Of a stretch of 64,000 bases of DNA, positions 41,296-57,183 are shown piece after piece. The notes beneath the pieces are model-generated. The model had not been told where the DNA came from. It did not search any database and saw only the letters and a program-made list of their open reading frames with translations. The first letter of the stretch is position 1. Every line of letters starts with the position of its first letter. The position numbers and the translations under genes were made by a program. The stretch covers positions 25,420,001-25,484,000 of the forward strand of contig OZ024759.1 in NCBI GenBank assembly GCA_964016885.1. The letters are read 5' to 3'. The DNA is from Eledone cirrhosa. Taxonomy: Eukaryota.

Positions 41296-41814
41296 CACAC
41301 CTGACCTCTTAATTACATCACACCTGTCCTTTTAATTACACTTCATCTGACCTCTTAATTACACCTCATCTGACCTCTTAATTACACCACACCTGACCTC
41401 TTAATTACACCACACCTGTCCTCTAAATTAAATCACACCTGCCCTCTTAATTATACTACACCTGACCTCTTAATTACACCACACCTGACCTCTTAATTAC
41501 AACACACATGACCTTTTAATTATAACACACGTGACCTCTTGATTACACCACACATGACCTCTTAATTACACTACATCTGACCTCTTAATTACATCACACC
41601 TGTCCTCTTAATTACACCACATCTGTCTTCTTAATTACACCACACTTGACCTATTAATTACAACACACCTGACCCCTTAATTACACCACACCTGACCTCT
41701 TAATTACACTACACCTGACCTCTTAATTACACCACACCTGACCTCTTAGTAAAAACACACCTGACATCTTAATTACACCACACCTGACCTCTTAATTAGA
41801 TTACACCTGACCTC
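41296..41814. repeat. 23-bp minisatellite, ~22.5 copies
   Basis: Consensus CACACCTGACCTCTTAATTACAC. Confidence 0.95.
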
Positions 41815-42103
41815 ATACAAACACTCACACCCACTCTATTTTCACCTGTTTCTGCTTCTTAAATCACTGAAATGGTATATCTGGGTTCACAGCGCCTGAC
41901 ACAAGCCAAAACATTGTCCGAGAAGTAAAAGACTAGACGAAACACTAATCTATAGCAATTAAGCTATTGCACATATTTTTTTCTCCAAAATGGCTGACCG
42001 ATTATACACAAGTTTTTTCTCAAAAATAAAAAAATAAAAAGTTTTTTGTACCATCCTCTTCTCATTCTCTATCCTTCTATTTCATCTTTTATTTTTCATT
42101 CTA

Positions 42104-42139
42104 TCTTCTGATGAAGAACTAGTGTCCAAAAAGATAAGA
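42104..42139 (+). ncRNA. Degenerate minimal hammerhead motif
   Basis: TCTT-CTGATGA-AGAAC-TAGT-GTCC-AAAA; downstream flank shared with the 18352 and 20740 copies. Confidence 0.55.
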
Positions 42140-42569
42140 CTTTTCCTACTAAATCAAGCGTTAAACAAATATATTTCTTCATTTTACTGTGTAGTTTGCT
42201 TTTTTGTTTCCATTTACGTTTTGCACGCACACACACACATATATATATATATATTTATTTTACTGGTTGCTAGAGTTGAACTCGGTAAGAGAGTTCAATA
42301 AAAGGGGAGATTATCAAATTTTTTTGCTCATATTAATTCAGCAATTACGATAATTACTTGGTACAGAAATAGCTATAGCATGATTTTAACAGCTGTTTTT
42401 CGTAAGTTAATTTTTAAATACCATTTTTTATCTTGACTATGTAATTCCAACAATACTCTTGCAAATGTATATATGCATGGCAAGAAAATATATGTTTTTG
42501 ATATTACAGCTGTTTCTACATACATCACCAAATTCTGTGTTAAGGTACAGTAGATATAAATAGTAAAAT

Positions 42570-42960
42570 GGCGGCGAATTAGCAAACTCTTTAAAACGCC
42601 AGACAGAATGTTTTGTAGCATTAGTTCCACCTCTCTGCTCTCAGAGTTCAAATCTCGCCGAGGTCAACGTAACTTTCCATACTTTCGAGGTGGATAAAAA
42701 AAAGTACTAGTTCACCAGTACTGGAATCGATTCTTCCTCACTCTCCATCTCTTCTTTTCTCTCTTCATTTCCCTCTCCCTTTCTCTCTCGCTCTCTCTCT
42801 CTCTCTCTCTTTCTTTCTCTGTCTCTGTTTCTCTCTTCTTCTTTAGAAAAAATTGGCTGTCTTCAGAACTGGAGAGGGGATGGATTCCGCCAGGTTTAAA
42901 ATGCCGAAGATACACCATATGTCAAAATGGCGCCCTTACGGCTCCAGCAGGAGTTACGGG
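42570..42960 (+). mobile_element. Older SINE family copy (head, core, CT linker, tail); relatives at about 52690-52955, 55570-55895 and 63412-63630
   Basis: GAGTTCAAATCTCGCCGAGGTCAAC B box and core, followed by the shared tail. Confidence 0.7.
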
Positions 42961-43139
42961 TCCACACACACACACACACATATAAACAATACATCCTTTG
43001 AAGGTCCATCAACAAAGGTATCACACATTCTTAGACTCCCATATACACCTGACTAACAGAAGCTTTGTATCGTGTCTGAATTTAGAATTTTATTGCAATA
43101 TCGTGACGCGGGATTGTATATTCAAGTTTCTTCGTATTA

Positions 43140-43225
<86 letters not shown>

Positions 43226-43230
43226 AGTAT

Positions 43231-43278
<48 letters not shown>

Positions 43279-43362
43279 GGAATAAAATGAAACGAAATTT
43301 CATTTCTCACTCTTAGTACGGCACTTACTTAAATGTAAGTATGTATGTATACATACATACTT

Positions 43363-43436
<74 letters not shown>

Positions 43437-43587
43437 ATACTTTTGCGGTGTCATGCTGCCAGTATAAAACACACGCACCTGTTAATTTTCACTTCAATTT
43501 CTTACAGTTTTCCGGCTGGTTGTTTATTTATTCTCAAAGCTATTTCGTCACTAAGAGCACTCAGTCCATAGGACGAGTTTAGTATAA

Positions 43588-44014
<427 letters not shown>

Positions 44015-45026
44015 TGTATATGTTTCCATATACGTCTCTGTTTTGAATCACGCTGTGTTAGTGCTAATGCTGTTACTTTCTCTCTTTCCCCCTCTCCTTC
44101 TCACACTAACACGCACATACATGGATACATACATAGATATATGCCTCCACATATGTGTAAAACATATACACTTACATACACACACTCACTCTCTCTTTTA
44201 CACACATACACACACATACACACTCACACAAACAGGAATTCACGAAACAAAGGGGAGCTAAGACTTTATCTGATATGAACAGCCATTAGGAGTGATTAAG
44301 AGACTGGCATCCCCTGTCACAATCACCAAACAGAGGGAAACACTTGCAGCAGCCCCTCCTCACTCTCCCCACTCCCACACACCCCTTCCTCCCCCTCTGT
44401 CACTCCCTCTCTCCCTCCCTTCCTTTAGTACTAGTTGTTACGACACACCTACTATCACCACCACCATCCTCACCATCACCCTCACCACCACCACCATCAC
44501 AATCACCAATGCCATTGCCAATAATACTATCACCGCCCCCAACCACCACCACTACCACAACTAATGCCACCACCACCACCACCTGAAATGTCATGGTGTT
44601 AAGAAAGAAAAGAAGTAAAGTCATTAAAGTAAGTTAACTAAACGCTAAACCGCTGACCTTCGGACATTCAGGATATGTCGGCCATTAAATCACATCAAAG
44701 TAACAACAGTACGGTAGTTCCTCTAAATCACGTGACAACCAGATTAGCTTAATTTGTAAACTTCTCTTACTTGACACTCCACCACCTTCATCACCCCCCC
44801 CTCTCTTTCTCGCTTGTTTCTTTCTCTCTTATTTCAACTATCTATAAAACCCGCCTCATCAGCCACCACCCGACGCCTACAGTGGCTTCTACCTCAGATG
44901 GGATGCATTCCTCACAATTTTTGCGGAGTAAACCAACAGTTTTGTTGACCGAGTGGACATTAGAAGTCTTGGTGACATCTAGCACACACACACAAAAAAG
45001 AAGCGGTGAACGAAAAAATACAAATG

Positions 45027-45660
45027 CGAATACAAGCGACTGAAATGGGGTTCCTTCAAAGGTTCTTTGGAGTAAGGTTATTCGATAGAATGCGTAGCTC
45101 TGAGATCAGGGAGTCGTTCCAGGTAGAGCCGCTTTTACATTGGGATTAAACAACGTCATAAATCCTACCTTAAACATGTAGGAATATTAGTGACTGCCAT
45201 TTTAACACAATGTAGTGTAGATAGGAATGTCTCATTAAAACAAGGTGAAAACCGTTTTTTATGGCAGAATGTTATCTTATTATACATTGTTGAGTTTTCA
45301 GCTTCAGCATTCAGTAATCTGAGGAAGGGAGATGGGTGTAAAAGCCAAACTCGCTAACTTCAATTTGTTATTCGTACCAACCCTTACCTATCTTGGGTAA
45401 TGACCGAAAGAGTACGATTGCGAATACAAGTAGCCGAAATTGGGTTCCTCCGAAGGGTCTTTGGAGTAATGTTACTCGATAGAATGCGTAGGTCAGGGAT
45501 CATAGAGTCACTCCAGGTAGAGTCGCTACTTCTCCGAATTGAGAGATTACAGCTCTGATACTATAGGCATGTGGTTAGAATGTCTCAGGAAAGAATTGCT
45601 GAACAGATTTTACAGGCAAAACCAACCGGCGGGAGACCCAATGGTTGGATAATATCCATA
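45027..45660 (+). mobile_element. RTE (BovB-like) LINE ORF2 C-terminal remnants in two overlapping-region pieces (45027-45137, 45341-45660)
   Basis: RIQATEMGFLQRFFGVRLFDRMRSSEIRESFQVEPLL, and KAKLANFNLLFVPTLTY/SWVMTERVRLRIQVAEIGFLRRVFGVMLLDRMRRSGIIESLQVESLLLRIERLQL*YYRHVVRMSQERIAEQILQAKPTG. Not in the ORF track. Confidence 0.88.
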
Positions 45661-45823
45661 CGGAGTGTTTTGAGGACTCTTGCCCCACGACCCTCCTAGG
45701 ATTAAGTGGGCGAAGAAGAAGAGTATTCAAAGAACTACAAAGTTAGATATGTATAGGTTGAACAACGAAGTGAAAACTAGCAAAAATACAAAAAAAAAAA
45801 TAATTGATGTATTTTGTCGAGGT

Positions 45824-45901
<78 letters not shown>

Positions 45902-46065
45902 GGTCCAGCCAACAAAGGCGATAACTCTGTCGACTGTGTGTCTGTCTACCAGACATAATGTCTGCTTAGTCGGCAACAGTGAAGGTTTTTTTTTTACCGT
46001 CCGTCTTGTATAGAACTGTGTGAGGTAAGTAACAGAACTGACATATAGATATAGGTAGATAGGTA

Positions 46066-46185
<120 letters not shown>

Positions 46186-46284
46186 ACACATATATATATA
46201 TAGTATTCGTACAATTGATTAGATGTTTAGTGTAAACGTCATTGTCCGAGTCCGGTATGCATTTTAGTGACTAAAATGTATATG

Positions 46285-46377
<93 letters not shown>

Positions 46378-47602
46378 CTATTTACCTACCTATATATATT
46401 TATATTTATATTTGTATTTATATTTGTATATTTATATATATATATATATACACACACATATATATAAATATATATATATATATAGTGAGAGAGAGGGAGA
46501 GAGAAAGAGAGAGAGGGGGGGGGGGGGAGAGAGAGAGAGAGAGAGACAGAGATTGGGGAAGAGAAGGTTTATATGTATATGTAAGAGAAGGCAAGAAAAA
46601 GAGGGGCTGAAATAGAAGGTTTACTTGTGTATATACACAGAGCGATAGTGAGAGAGAGTGAGTGAAAGAGAGAAAGAGAGAGAGAAAGAAAGAAAGAAGG
46701 AAAGAGAGAAAGCTTATAGTTTGAAATAAGGCAGGTTTGGTGTCACAGCTAGTTTGGATAAAAAACAGTAAATACGGGACGGACATAGCGCCTCCTTTAC
46801 AATCACAGTTTCTGGTTTTATCAGTTAAACTTCCATAACTCATAGAGTGAGAGAGGGGGGGTGGGGAGGGGGAGTGAGGCGTGAGGGATGAGGTAGGGGG
46901 CTGAGAGGTTAGGTGGGGGTGAGACTGGGGGGTGAGATGGGGGCGAGTGGTTTAGTGGGGGTGGGGGTGGAGGTTAGGGGGTTAGGGTTAGGTGGGGTGG
47001 TGTTGGAGTTTCATTATGAAAGGGTGGGTGGTGGATGTGAGAGGGGTGGGGGCTGGAGCGGTATTTGTGAAAGGGTGGCGGGTGGAGGTCGGTATCCAGT
47101 AATGGTCGAGGCGGGTGTGATTGTTGCATTGTATTTAGTGTTGTGTGGTGTTGCATGGTGGTGTGGTGTTGTGTGTTGGTGTGGTAATGTGTGGTGTTGT
47201 GTGGTAAGGTGTGCTGCTGTGTGGTGTTGTGTGGTGGTGTGTTATGTCTGGTGTTGGGTGGTGATATGGTGGGGTGGTGGTGCTGTGGTGTTGTGTGGTG
47301 GTGGTTTGGTGGTGGTATGGTGTGGTGTTGTATGTGAAAACAAACGTACTCATACACCGAATGCTTGTGCATTCAAGTAAACACAGTCATAGTGTTATAT
47401 ACACACACAAAAACACACACGTATCCTCTCACACATGCACATACACTCACATGTATATTGACACACACATACCATCACACTCAAAAACACGCACAAGTGC
47501 TCACACACACATATATGCATGCATGTATGTATGCATATATATAGAGATAATGTGGTGGTGCCACAGCATGGCCTGAGTCAATCGGCTGGAATACGTAATA
47601 CA

Positions 47603-47682
<80 letters not shown>

Positions 47683-47754
47683 CGCAGAATAGGTATATAG
47701 ACATGTAAAATCCCGACTGTGACGCCAATACTGATTTTACATATCTCTCCCTCG

Positions 47755-47837
<83 letters not shown>

Positions 47838-47847
47838 AAGTATCTAT

Positions 47848-47898
<51 letters not shown>

Positions 47899-48526
47899 AT
47901 ATAATGGTGGGTAGTTTCTTTCTACAAGTCTAAAACATGTAGGATATATAGAGAATCTGATTTATATCTTTTTAAAAAGCATAACTTTCCAGATGCTTAA
48001 TCTCAAAGTGCAGTGGTTGGTGCTAATAACAATGGTATGATTGAATTGTTGGCATAAATTCCTATATTACAGACACACATACATACACAGACACACACTC
48101 ACACGCCCAAACGCACACACACAGATATTCACAGACATACACACACTCGCATATATCCACACACATACATACGCATACAAATTCCCCCCCCCCACATACA
48201 CACATACATGCACATACATTTAGACACAGACACACACATATTCACACACAGATCCTCATACACATGCATACATACGCACACACAGATATACACATACACA
48301 AATACATACGCACACAGACACACATATACATACACACACATACACACTCACATTCATACACACACGTACATACACACATGCACACTCATACACACATACA
48401 CGCACACGTGCAAATTCGCACACACACTCACACAAACTCTCTCTCCTTCTCTCTGTCTGTCTGTCTCTGTCTCTCTCTCTCTCGCAATAACATTAATAGT
48501 AATAATAACAATATTAATAATAATAA

Positions 48527-48942
48527 ATGTTTCTACTTTAGGCACAATGCCAGCAATTTTTGGGGACGGGAAAGTCCATTAAATCGATCCCTGTGCATTA
48601 CTGGAACTTTATTTTATCGATCCCGTAAGGATGAAAGGCTAAGCTAACCTCGGCAGAATTTGAATCCAGACCCTAAAGGGGCCGTAACTCCATGCTGCAA
48701 AGCATAGCGTCCGAACCTCGACCGATACTGCCAATCTACCAATAATAATAATGGTATTAATAATTGTTTCTACTTTAGGCACAAGGCCAGCAATTACCCA
48801 GTACATTACTGGTACTTTATTTTATCGACCCCGTAAGGATGAAAAGCAAAGTTAACCTCGGCGGGATTTGAACCAAGACTGTAAAGGGACGTAACTATGC
48901 TAGAAAGCATGGCGTCCAACCCTCTACCGATACTGCCAATTC
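48527..48942 (-). mobile_element. Two tandem full-length SINEs (long- and short-tail variants) in (AAT)n
   Basis: 48527-48740 and 48763-48942. Confidence 0.92.
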
Positions 48943-49027
48943 CCAATGATTTCTGTATTCACAACAATGGTTAACACCAAGAAAAACATGGCCATGCTCG
49001 ATAACGAGGGGGCAGCCATCATGTGTA

Positions 49028-49062
<35 letters not shown>

Positions 49063-49674
49063 TAATAATAGTATTAGTAGTTAGTAATAATAATAATGAT
49101 AATTCTCATAATACCAGCCTTGTCATTTCAGTAAAGCAATTAGATAGATGTTTGTATTATCTACGCCAAGATATTTGTCAGATTTGCTTTACTGCAACTG
49201 ACTCTAGGTAGAGAATGTTCGTATGCAATAGTTACTTGCATCTCAGAAACAACAACAACCACCACCGACACCACAACAACCACCACCGACACCGCAACAA
49301 CAACAACAATAGCAGCAACAACAACAACAACAATAGCAGCAGCAACAACAACAACAACAATAGCAATAACAATAACAATAACAATAACATCATGAAAAAC
49401 AAGACAGACAGACAAAGAGAGAATATTTGATTTAGCAAAGCTAGAAACTTCGCGAAACGATGCGTACAAAGCTTATACTTATTTAATTTACAGTTTATAT
49501 TCCAAGTAATATAGGAGGGTGGGCTGGAAAGTTCATAGACTGACTATGCGGAGGTGTAACTCGTCAAATTGGACCAAGGAAACAATGTTTCCATTGGTGT
49601 CTCCATTGCTGATACTATCTACCTGCCACAACTCCTGGCAGTGGAGTGATAGAAATGGTAAAATGGAGGACCAA

Positions 49675-49847
49675 TCGGTAGAGCATCGGCCCTTTACGTT
49701 CTGAGTTTAAATCCCATCGAGGTTAGTTTTGCCTTTCATCTTTACAGGGCCGATAAAATAAAGTACCAGTAATGCACTGAGGTCGATTTAATCAACTTTC
49801 TCTCCCAACAAAATTGTCGGCCTTGTGCCTAAATCAGAAACCATTAT
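49675..49847 (+). mobile_element. SINE copy
   Basis: Core and long tail. Confidence 0.85.
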
Positions 49848-50537
49848 TTGAGAAATGATAAATGTATGTGTATGTGTGCGTCTGTGCGTATGTGTCTGTG
49901 TATGTATCTATGTGTGTATCTCTGTGTGTCCGTATGTGTGTGTATTTGGTTCTTGTGTGTATGTATGTGTCTGTGTCTGTTTGTGTATGTATGTGGCTGT
50001 ATGTATGTTTGGGTGTGTATGTATGCGTGTATGTATGTGTATCTGTGTCTGTATGTATGTGTGTGTATATGTCTGTGTGTGTATGTGTATATGTGTGTGT
50101 GTGCGTATGTGCTTATGTAGGTATCTGTGTATATGTGTGTGTATGAATATGTATATATGTATGTTTACCAAGACTAGTTTGCTGTCACAGATGGTTAGAC
50201 TTTAAATATCGGTTTGCCATTAAATCAAAGTTTTTATCGATCTATCTCCCCCTCTCTTTTTCTCTCCCTCAGATACACACACGTGTTCTCTCTCGTTTTA
50301 ATCCCTCTCTCATACACACACACGAACACACATCCATCCATCCATACATACATACATAACACGACTAGTTAGGAAATTACAAGTACAATCCATTAATGGA
50401 ACAGTGAAAATATGTAAAACATTCCAAATATTCTGCATCTAATAACTTCATATACACATGTACAGATACAAAGCATATGCACATGCACACATACAACTCA
50501 AAACATCCACATCCACACATACATTAACATCCATACC

Positions 50538-50578
<41 letters not shown>

Positions 50579-50786
50579 GCGCGCGCGCATGTAGACATGC
50601 ATACATATCTACCTAGTTGATGTGTAAATTCCAATGAGAGTCTTGTATCTATGTTAGAAACCGACTCTCTCTCTCTATTGGCAAACATTTGTGAAATTAT
50701 GAAACCAGAAGAACATACATGCATACATACAAAAGGAAAATACATTTAAAGTAAACAAATCTATCGAGGCGTTTGGGTGATTTGAA

Positions 50787-51008
50787 GTTGGAATCCAAAC
50801 ACAGGCTCATTACAAATGATAATAGTGTTAGAAAATAGGGTAAACTACCCTTAGAGACAGAAAAATACTACAGAGAAACGAGCTTTATCTCTTGAATTTC
50901 AGCCAGTTCCTTGTAGTGGTTACTGATATTGTTTTTCTGACTCTAAGGGTATTACATGATTTTCTAACGCTTTTATCAATTGTAATGAATATGTGTTTGG
51001 ATTTCAAC
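50787..51008. repeat. Imperfect inverted repeat, ~80-bp arms
   Basis: GTTGGAATCCAAACAC..CATTACAA..TACCCTTAGAG.CAGAAAAA mirrored by TTTTTCTGACTCTAAGGGTA..TTGTAATG..GTGTTTGGATTTCAAC. Confidence 0.75.
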
Positions 51009-51428
51009 ATTTTCATATTTCAAGTATTATTGACTATTTGAAAATGCAATTGTAAGAATTTCAAAACGGAAATATCTAAATTGAAATGAGGATTGGAGTG
51101 GTTAAAAATAGATTTGTTAACTAAGTATTGTCTTGTTGTACGTGTCAAATAGAAGCTGCCTGCAAACTGAAAATAAAATTGCCACTATGTATATACAGGT
51201 ATACAGGGATACCCCGGCTTACGTTGTTTCGAGTTAAGTCATTTTCGAAGTTACGGCGGTTTTTCTTAATATATGGCAAAATATATATGTAGCAAAAATA
51301 TGCCTCGTGTTACCTCGATTGACTCAACGTTACGTCGGTCTGCCAAAAATATTAAACTATAAAAAAAAACACTAAAAGAAACAATGAAAATATATAAAAT
51401 CAGTTTTGAATAAATGCTAAAATATACA

Positions 51429-51483
<55 letters not shown>

Positions 51484-51560
51484 TATATATATGCATATAT
51501 ATATATGCATACATATATATATATGAATACATACACACAGATATACATACACACACACAT

Positions 51561-51611
<51 letters not shown>

Positions 51612-52004
51612 CGGCCTATATTTAGAATGCGTAGGTGTAATGAGAAGGGATTTTGAAGAGAACAAACAGCTGTAGGATATGAAGGGCGGGGATCCCCTTG
51701 TAATAAGATGGAATTATTAAACAAAATGAGGTGGGGTGTAGTGCCCAAAATATGGTGATGGTGGTAGTGTTGGTTGTTTTGGGAGTTATAGGGAAAAAAG
51801 GGGCTGATGTTGGTGGAGATGATCGTGGGGATTATAATGGATTTGGTGTTGATTGTAGTGATTGTTTTCATGAATAAACAGTAGTAGTAGAAGTATTAGT
51901 ATTAGTATTAGTATTATTATTATTATTATTATTATTAGTAGTAGTATTAGTAGTAGTAGAAGTAGTATTAGTAGTAGTAGTAGTAGTAGTAGTAGAAGTA
52001 GTAT

Positions 52005-52035
<31 letters not shown>

Positions 52036-52239
52036 TATTGTTGTAGTGGTAAAGTATATAGCAATAATATGTACAATATGAAAATAACAATCAGAAATCA
52101 CAAACACACACACACATATATATAAATATATACATACTCCCCATACATATATCCCTCCATATGAATATATACACACATACCCACACATACACATACATAC
52201 ACTTATAAATAGCCCCTATATATATATATATATATATAC

Positions 52240-52410
52240 GATATTAAACAAATGGAAACTATATTTATAAAACCATATTTATTTCATTATATATATTTCA
52301 GGGATATCATATTAAAAATATGGTATGCCTTCCTCAGACAAAATACAATATATAAACCGTTTTATAAATAAATTTGACATACCTTAAACATTACAACTTC
52401 CATTTAAAAA
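52240..52410 (-). mobile_element. Solo, diverged copy of the Penelope terminal region with HHR (CTGAGGA core, 52280-52345), in (TA)n
   Basis: Aligns by eye with 27232-27405. Confidence 0.85.
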
Positions 52411-52422
52411 GTTGATTTGGTA

Positions 52423-52479
<57 letters not shown>

Positions 52480-53045
52480 GAAATCTGAGATACGAATTAA
52501 TAGAAGAGAAAATGATTCCAGCTAGAATTTGAAACTGTGTCGCCATCTTGAGTCCCCGAAAGCTTACTTCTTTGATCTTCTATGACAATGATTTATCAAC
52601 AATGCCTATATCTGTAAGGAAAGCGTATGATTTTATTTAGAGGAGCCCAGCAAACCACTGGTACTATATTTAGTGGCTGAGAAGCTTAAAGTTGTTACAA
52701 CGTCGGATAGAATGCAGTATTTCTTCCAGCTTTGTGCTGTCTGAATTCAAATTCTGCCGAAGTCAACTTTGCCTTTCATCTTTTTGAAGTCGATAAAACA
52801 AAAGCTACCAGTTCAGTATTGGGTCAATTCTTCCTCTATATATATCTCTCTTTCTCATTTCCTCTTTACTATTCATTCTCTCTTTCTCTCCATCTCTGGA
52901 AGAAATCGGTTGTGTTCAGACATGGAGAGTGGATAAGATCGACCATGTTTAAAGAGACCAATGCTCGCTGGGTGTTGTGACATGCATATTTATATATATA
53001 TAATATATGTATATATACATGCACATATATTGACACGCACACATG

Positions 53046-53078
<33 letters not shown>

Positions 53079-53263
53079 CAAATATTAACATGAATTAACC
53101 GTTTTTTGTTTAATTTCATTGTTTTCACTATTTGTATCTGTATCCAATGAATTATATCGTTGAAATTTTGTATTTTAAACTTTGCTTCACGACATCTTCT
53201 ACATACAGATTACATTGAGTTCTTCATACGGCTTAGACCCTACCATTAATTGGTGGATTTATC

Positions 53264-53395
<132 letters not shown>

Positions 53396-53723
53396 TATGT
53401 CATCTATATATTATAAATATATATCTATACCTTTCTATCTCTATATATATGTGTGTGTGTGCGTGTGTGTGTGAGTGTGTGTGAGAGAGAGAGAGAGAGA
53501 CAGAGAGTGTGTGTGTGTGTGTTTGAGGGAGAGAGTGTGTGTGTGTGTGCAGGCAGTCATTTGGGTGCCACTCCAGACATTTGACTGTGTTGTCCATCAT
53601 GGCATTTCAGTGGGCCTTACAACAAATGTTTGGGGGTGCCCATCACAACTTCCAAACATACATATATATATATACACACGCACACACACATGTATATATA
53701 TAAATATATGTATATACATATAA

Positions 53724-53777
<54 letters not shown>

Positions 53778-53808
53778 GTGTGTGTGTATATGTATATATA
53801 TATATATA

Positions 53809-53872
<64 letters not shown>

Positions 53873-53918
53873 ATGTATATATATATATACATATATACGC
53901 ATTATATATATATATGTA

Positions 53919-53986
<68 letters not shown>

Positions 53987-54160
53987 CATTCACCACATTA
54001 GTGTCAGGCTGTCTATTTCACAATAGTTTACTTACTCAGAGTCATGTCACCGTTGTTTACAATCAAATGCACCTCCACACCAAACTACACCTACCTCACC
54101 GTCCCGCCATCCATGTGGCTCTCCCGAACATTTACACACGTCTGTCTGCCTGTCTGATTC

Positions 54161-54239
<79 letters not shown>

Positions 54240-54351
54240 TAATATATATGTATATATGTGTGTGTGTGTGTGGGTTTGCTTACTTGTGTGTTTGTGTATA
54301 TATACATAATGACAGTGATATATAAACTAACGATTACGAAGATTACTACGA

Positions 54352-54443
<92 letters not shown>

Positions 54444-54447
54444 TCAG

Positions 54448-54518
<71 letters not shown>

Positions 54519-54591
54519 CATGTATGTGTGTGTGTGTGGAGTGGGTGGGGTGGTAGTTTGTATGTGGGTGTATTATGGTGTATTTGTATTT

Positions 54592-54650
<59 letters not shown>

Positions 54651-56214
54651 TGTGTATAAAAAGGTTTTTTAGATATATAAACTGGCATTTTCTGATTCTC
54701 GTCATTGCCATCTCTCCATCCCTCACTCTCTGTATCTCTCCCGTACTCCTTCTCTCTCACACACCCTCTCACACTCTCACATACACACACTCTCTCTTTC
54801 TCTCTCCCACACATAAAACTCTCTCACACAGACACACACTCTCTCTTTCTCACTCACATTCTCTCTCATTCTCACTCTATCGCCCACTTCCCCCCCCCTC
54901 TCTCTCTCTCGCACACACTCTATCTCTGCCGTATACTTTCACTCTCTATCTCTCTATCTCTCCATCTCTCTATCTCTCTATCTACACTCTCACACACACC
55001 TTCCCTTTCTGGCTCTCTCACACACACTCTCTCCCTATCCCTCCGGTACACACCAACACACACACACACTCTCCCTCACCATCTCACATACTTTCATTCC
55101 CTTTCTCACTCTCACTCTCTCACAAGCACATAGACTCTCTCTCTCCAACATTCTTTCTCTCTAATATCTCGTCAACCTTCACTTACCGTTTATTACCAAC
55201 ATTCCTCCGTTTCTATCAGACATTCATCTCACCGCCGTCACACAACAATCGTTAGAACGCAGGCCAAAAAGAAAAAGAAAAAAAAGAAAAAATGCCTCGT
55301 TGTTTTCGCTCTAGTTCTCGCTGTTCTGCGTTCAAATCTCGTTGCTGCCTCCTTCACTGGTAAAAATAATCACTCACACCCATATTAACGCCACGACATC
55401 GACCTGAGCTGACTTTAACAGGACCTACCCGGTTTAACACCAACATATCGACTTGAGCTGACTTTAATCGGACCAGATTTCTGGTTTCAGGATAACTTCT
55501 TAAAACCCACCAACCCATCTCGGAAACCCTGAAACGGTAATGGATCATGGACACTGATTCCCACTCCATTCCCTGTGTGATGCTCATTCCAGCTCTCTCC
55601 TCTTTGAGTTCAAATCCCGCCGAGGTCATCTTTGCCTTTCTTCTCTTCGAAGTTGATAAAATAAGGTACCAGTCTAGTACAAGGGTCGATTCTTCCTCTA
55701 AATCTGTTTCTCACTTCCTCTTTATCACTTCCTCTTCATCCCTTCCTCTCTTACCCCCCCCCCTCTCACCCCCTCTCTCTTTATGTCTTCCTCTCACTCA
55801 CCCTCTGACACTCTGCCTCTATCCTTCTCTGGTAGAAATTGGTTGAGTTCAAACCCGGGAGCAAGCCTGAACCAATGATGTACCAGGTTTAAATGGTCCA
55901 AAACGAGAGCCTGGACATTTGATATCTATAAAAACAGAAACCCAATAAAAGCAGCATCAAAAACCTCCAAAAAACCAGGATCATCATTGCTGGAATCCCT
56001 TTGTTCTGCGTCTGCTAAATTATATCCAACAATAACAACAACTTTAACTTTATGTGGAGGACTTCAAACTATTTCTTTGTAACTATATATATTTCTTGTA
56101 AATAAACAAATGATTTAATACTGCTGGCCACATTGTTGAACGCTGAAAATATATTCTAACAGAATAGATACAGTATTAAGACGTTCTTTAGTCAAACATG
56201 GCAGCGACAACCAA

Positions 56215-56233
56215 TACTGCCATCTGGTGGCAG
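56215..56233 (-). promoter_or_regulatory. Candidate CTCF site
   Basis: Minus strand CTGCCACCAGATGGCAGTA fits the core; motif only. Confidence 0.5.
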
Positions 56234-56321
56234 AGAACGATGGTCAAAAGCGACATCTGTATTCGTTTAAGTGAACTAACCCTTTCCCATGCACGCGTGT
56301 CGACGTTCACACATACGTATG

Positions 56322-56354
<33 letters not shown>

Positions 56355-57095
56355 ATATATGTATATATATATATATGAATTAATAATGTTTCTCGGTGTT
56401 ATACAATAATGAACACATGAGGTTCAGAACTCTCACTTTCTCTCTCTCATTCTCTCTCTCTCTATCAATCTCTGTCTCTCTCACTTTCTCTCTCTCCTTC
56501 CCTCTCTCCCTCACTCTCTCTCCCTCACTTTCTCTCTACCCCACTCTCTCCTTCCCTCATACTCTCTCTTTCACTCTCTCTAACTCTCCACATTTAAACC
56601 TCAGCGTTCGTTACTTCAAAGAAAGAGAAAGAAGGGATAAAGACATACATATGTGTGCTGGGATGAGGTGGGGTAGGGTGGTGGGGTATGAGGTGGGGGT
56701 GGCAAAGGGAGAGTTATGGGTCAGGTATTTCTGGGAGGAACCATAAAAGATACATTTCATGCTAGCTTCCTTCCCAAACATTGATTGATATCGACACCTC
56801 GAGGTGTCTATCTCAAAACCAAATGGGGGTCCTAACCCCTAATTCACCCACACCTTCCTACACACCTATAATCGACCATCTTCTCCTCATTAGTACCCTA
56901 AACCCCTAATACTCCTCGTCATAAACTCCTCTCGTTTACACTAGCTTACATGTATGTACGTATATCCGAGGGTCGGCTGAATCTATGCATGCATCTATGT
57001 ATGTATGTATGCTTGTATGTATGTATATATGCATGCATGTATGTATGTATATATGCATGCATGCATGCATGTATGTATGTATATATGCATGCATG

Positions 57096-57177
<82 letters not shown>

Positions 57178-57183
<6 letters not shown>

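Noticed and set aside
41296-41814. CRISPR-like periodicity (also 59120-59760 and 36614-36732)
   Set aside because: Contiguous units with no unique spacers, no cas genes, eukaryotic context.
46974-46995. TTAGGG telomere-like repeats (also CCCTAA near 12157-12172)
   Set aside because: Only 2-3 imperfect units inside G-rich or C-rich sequence.
51201-51260. Tigger/pogo-like TIR start (TACAGGGATACCCCGGCTTACG)
   Set aside because: No matching opposite TIR found.
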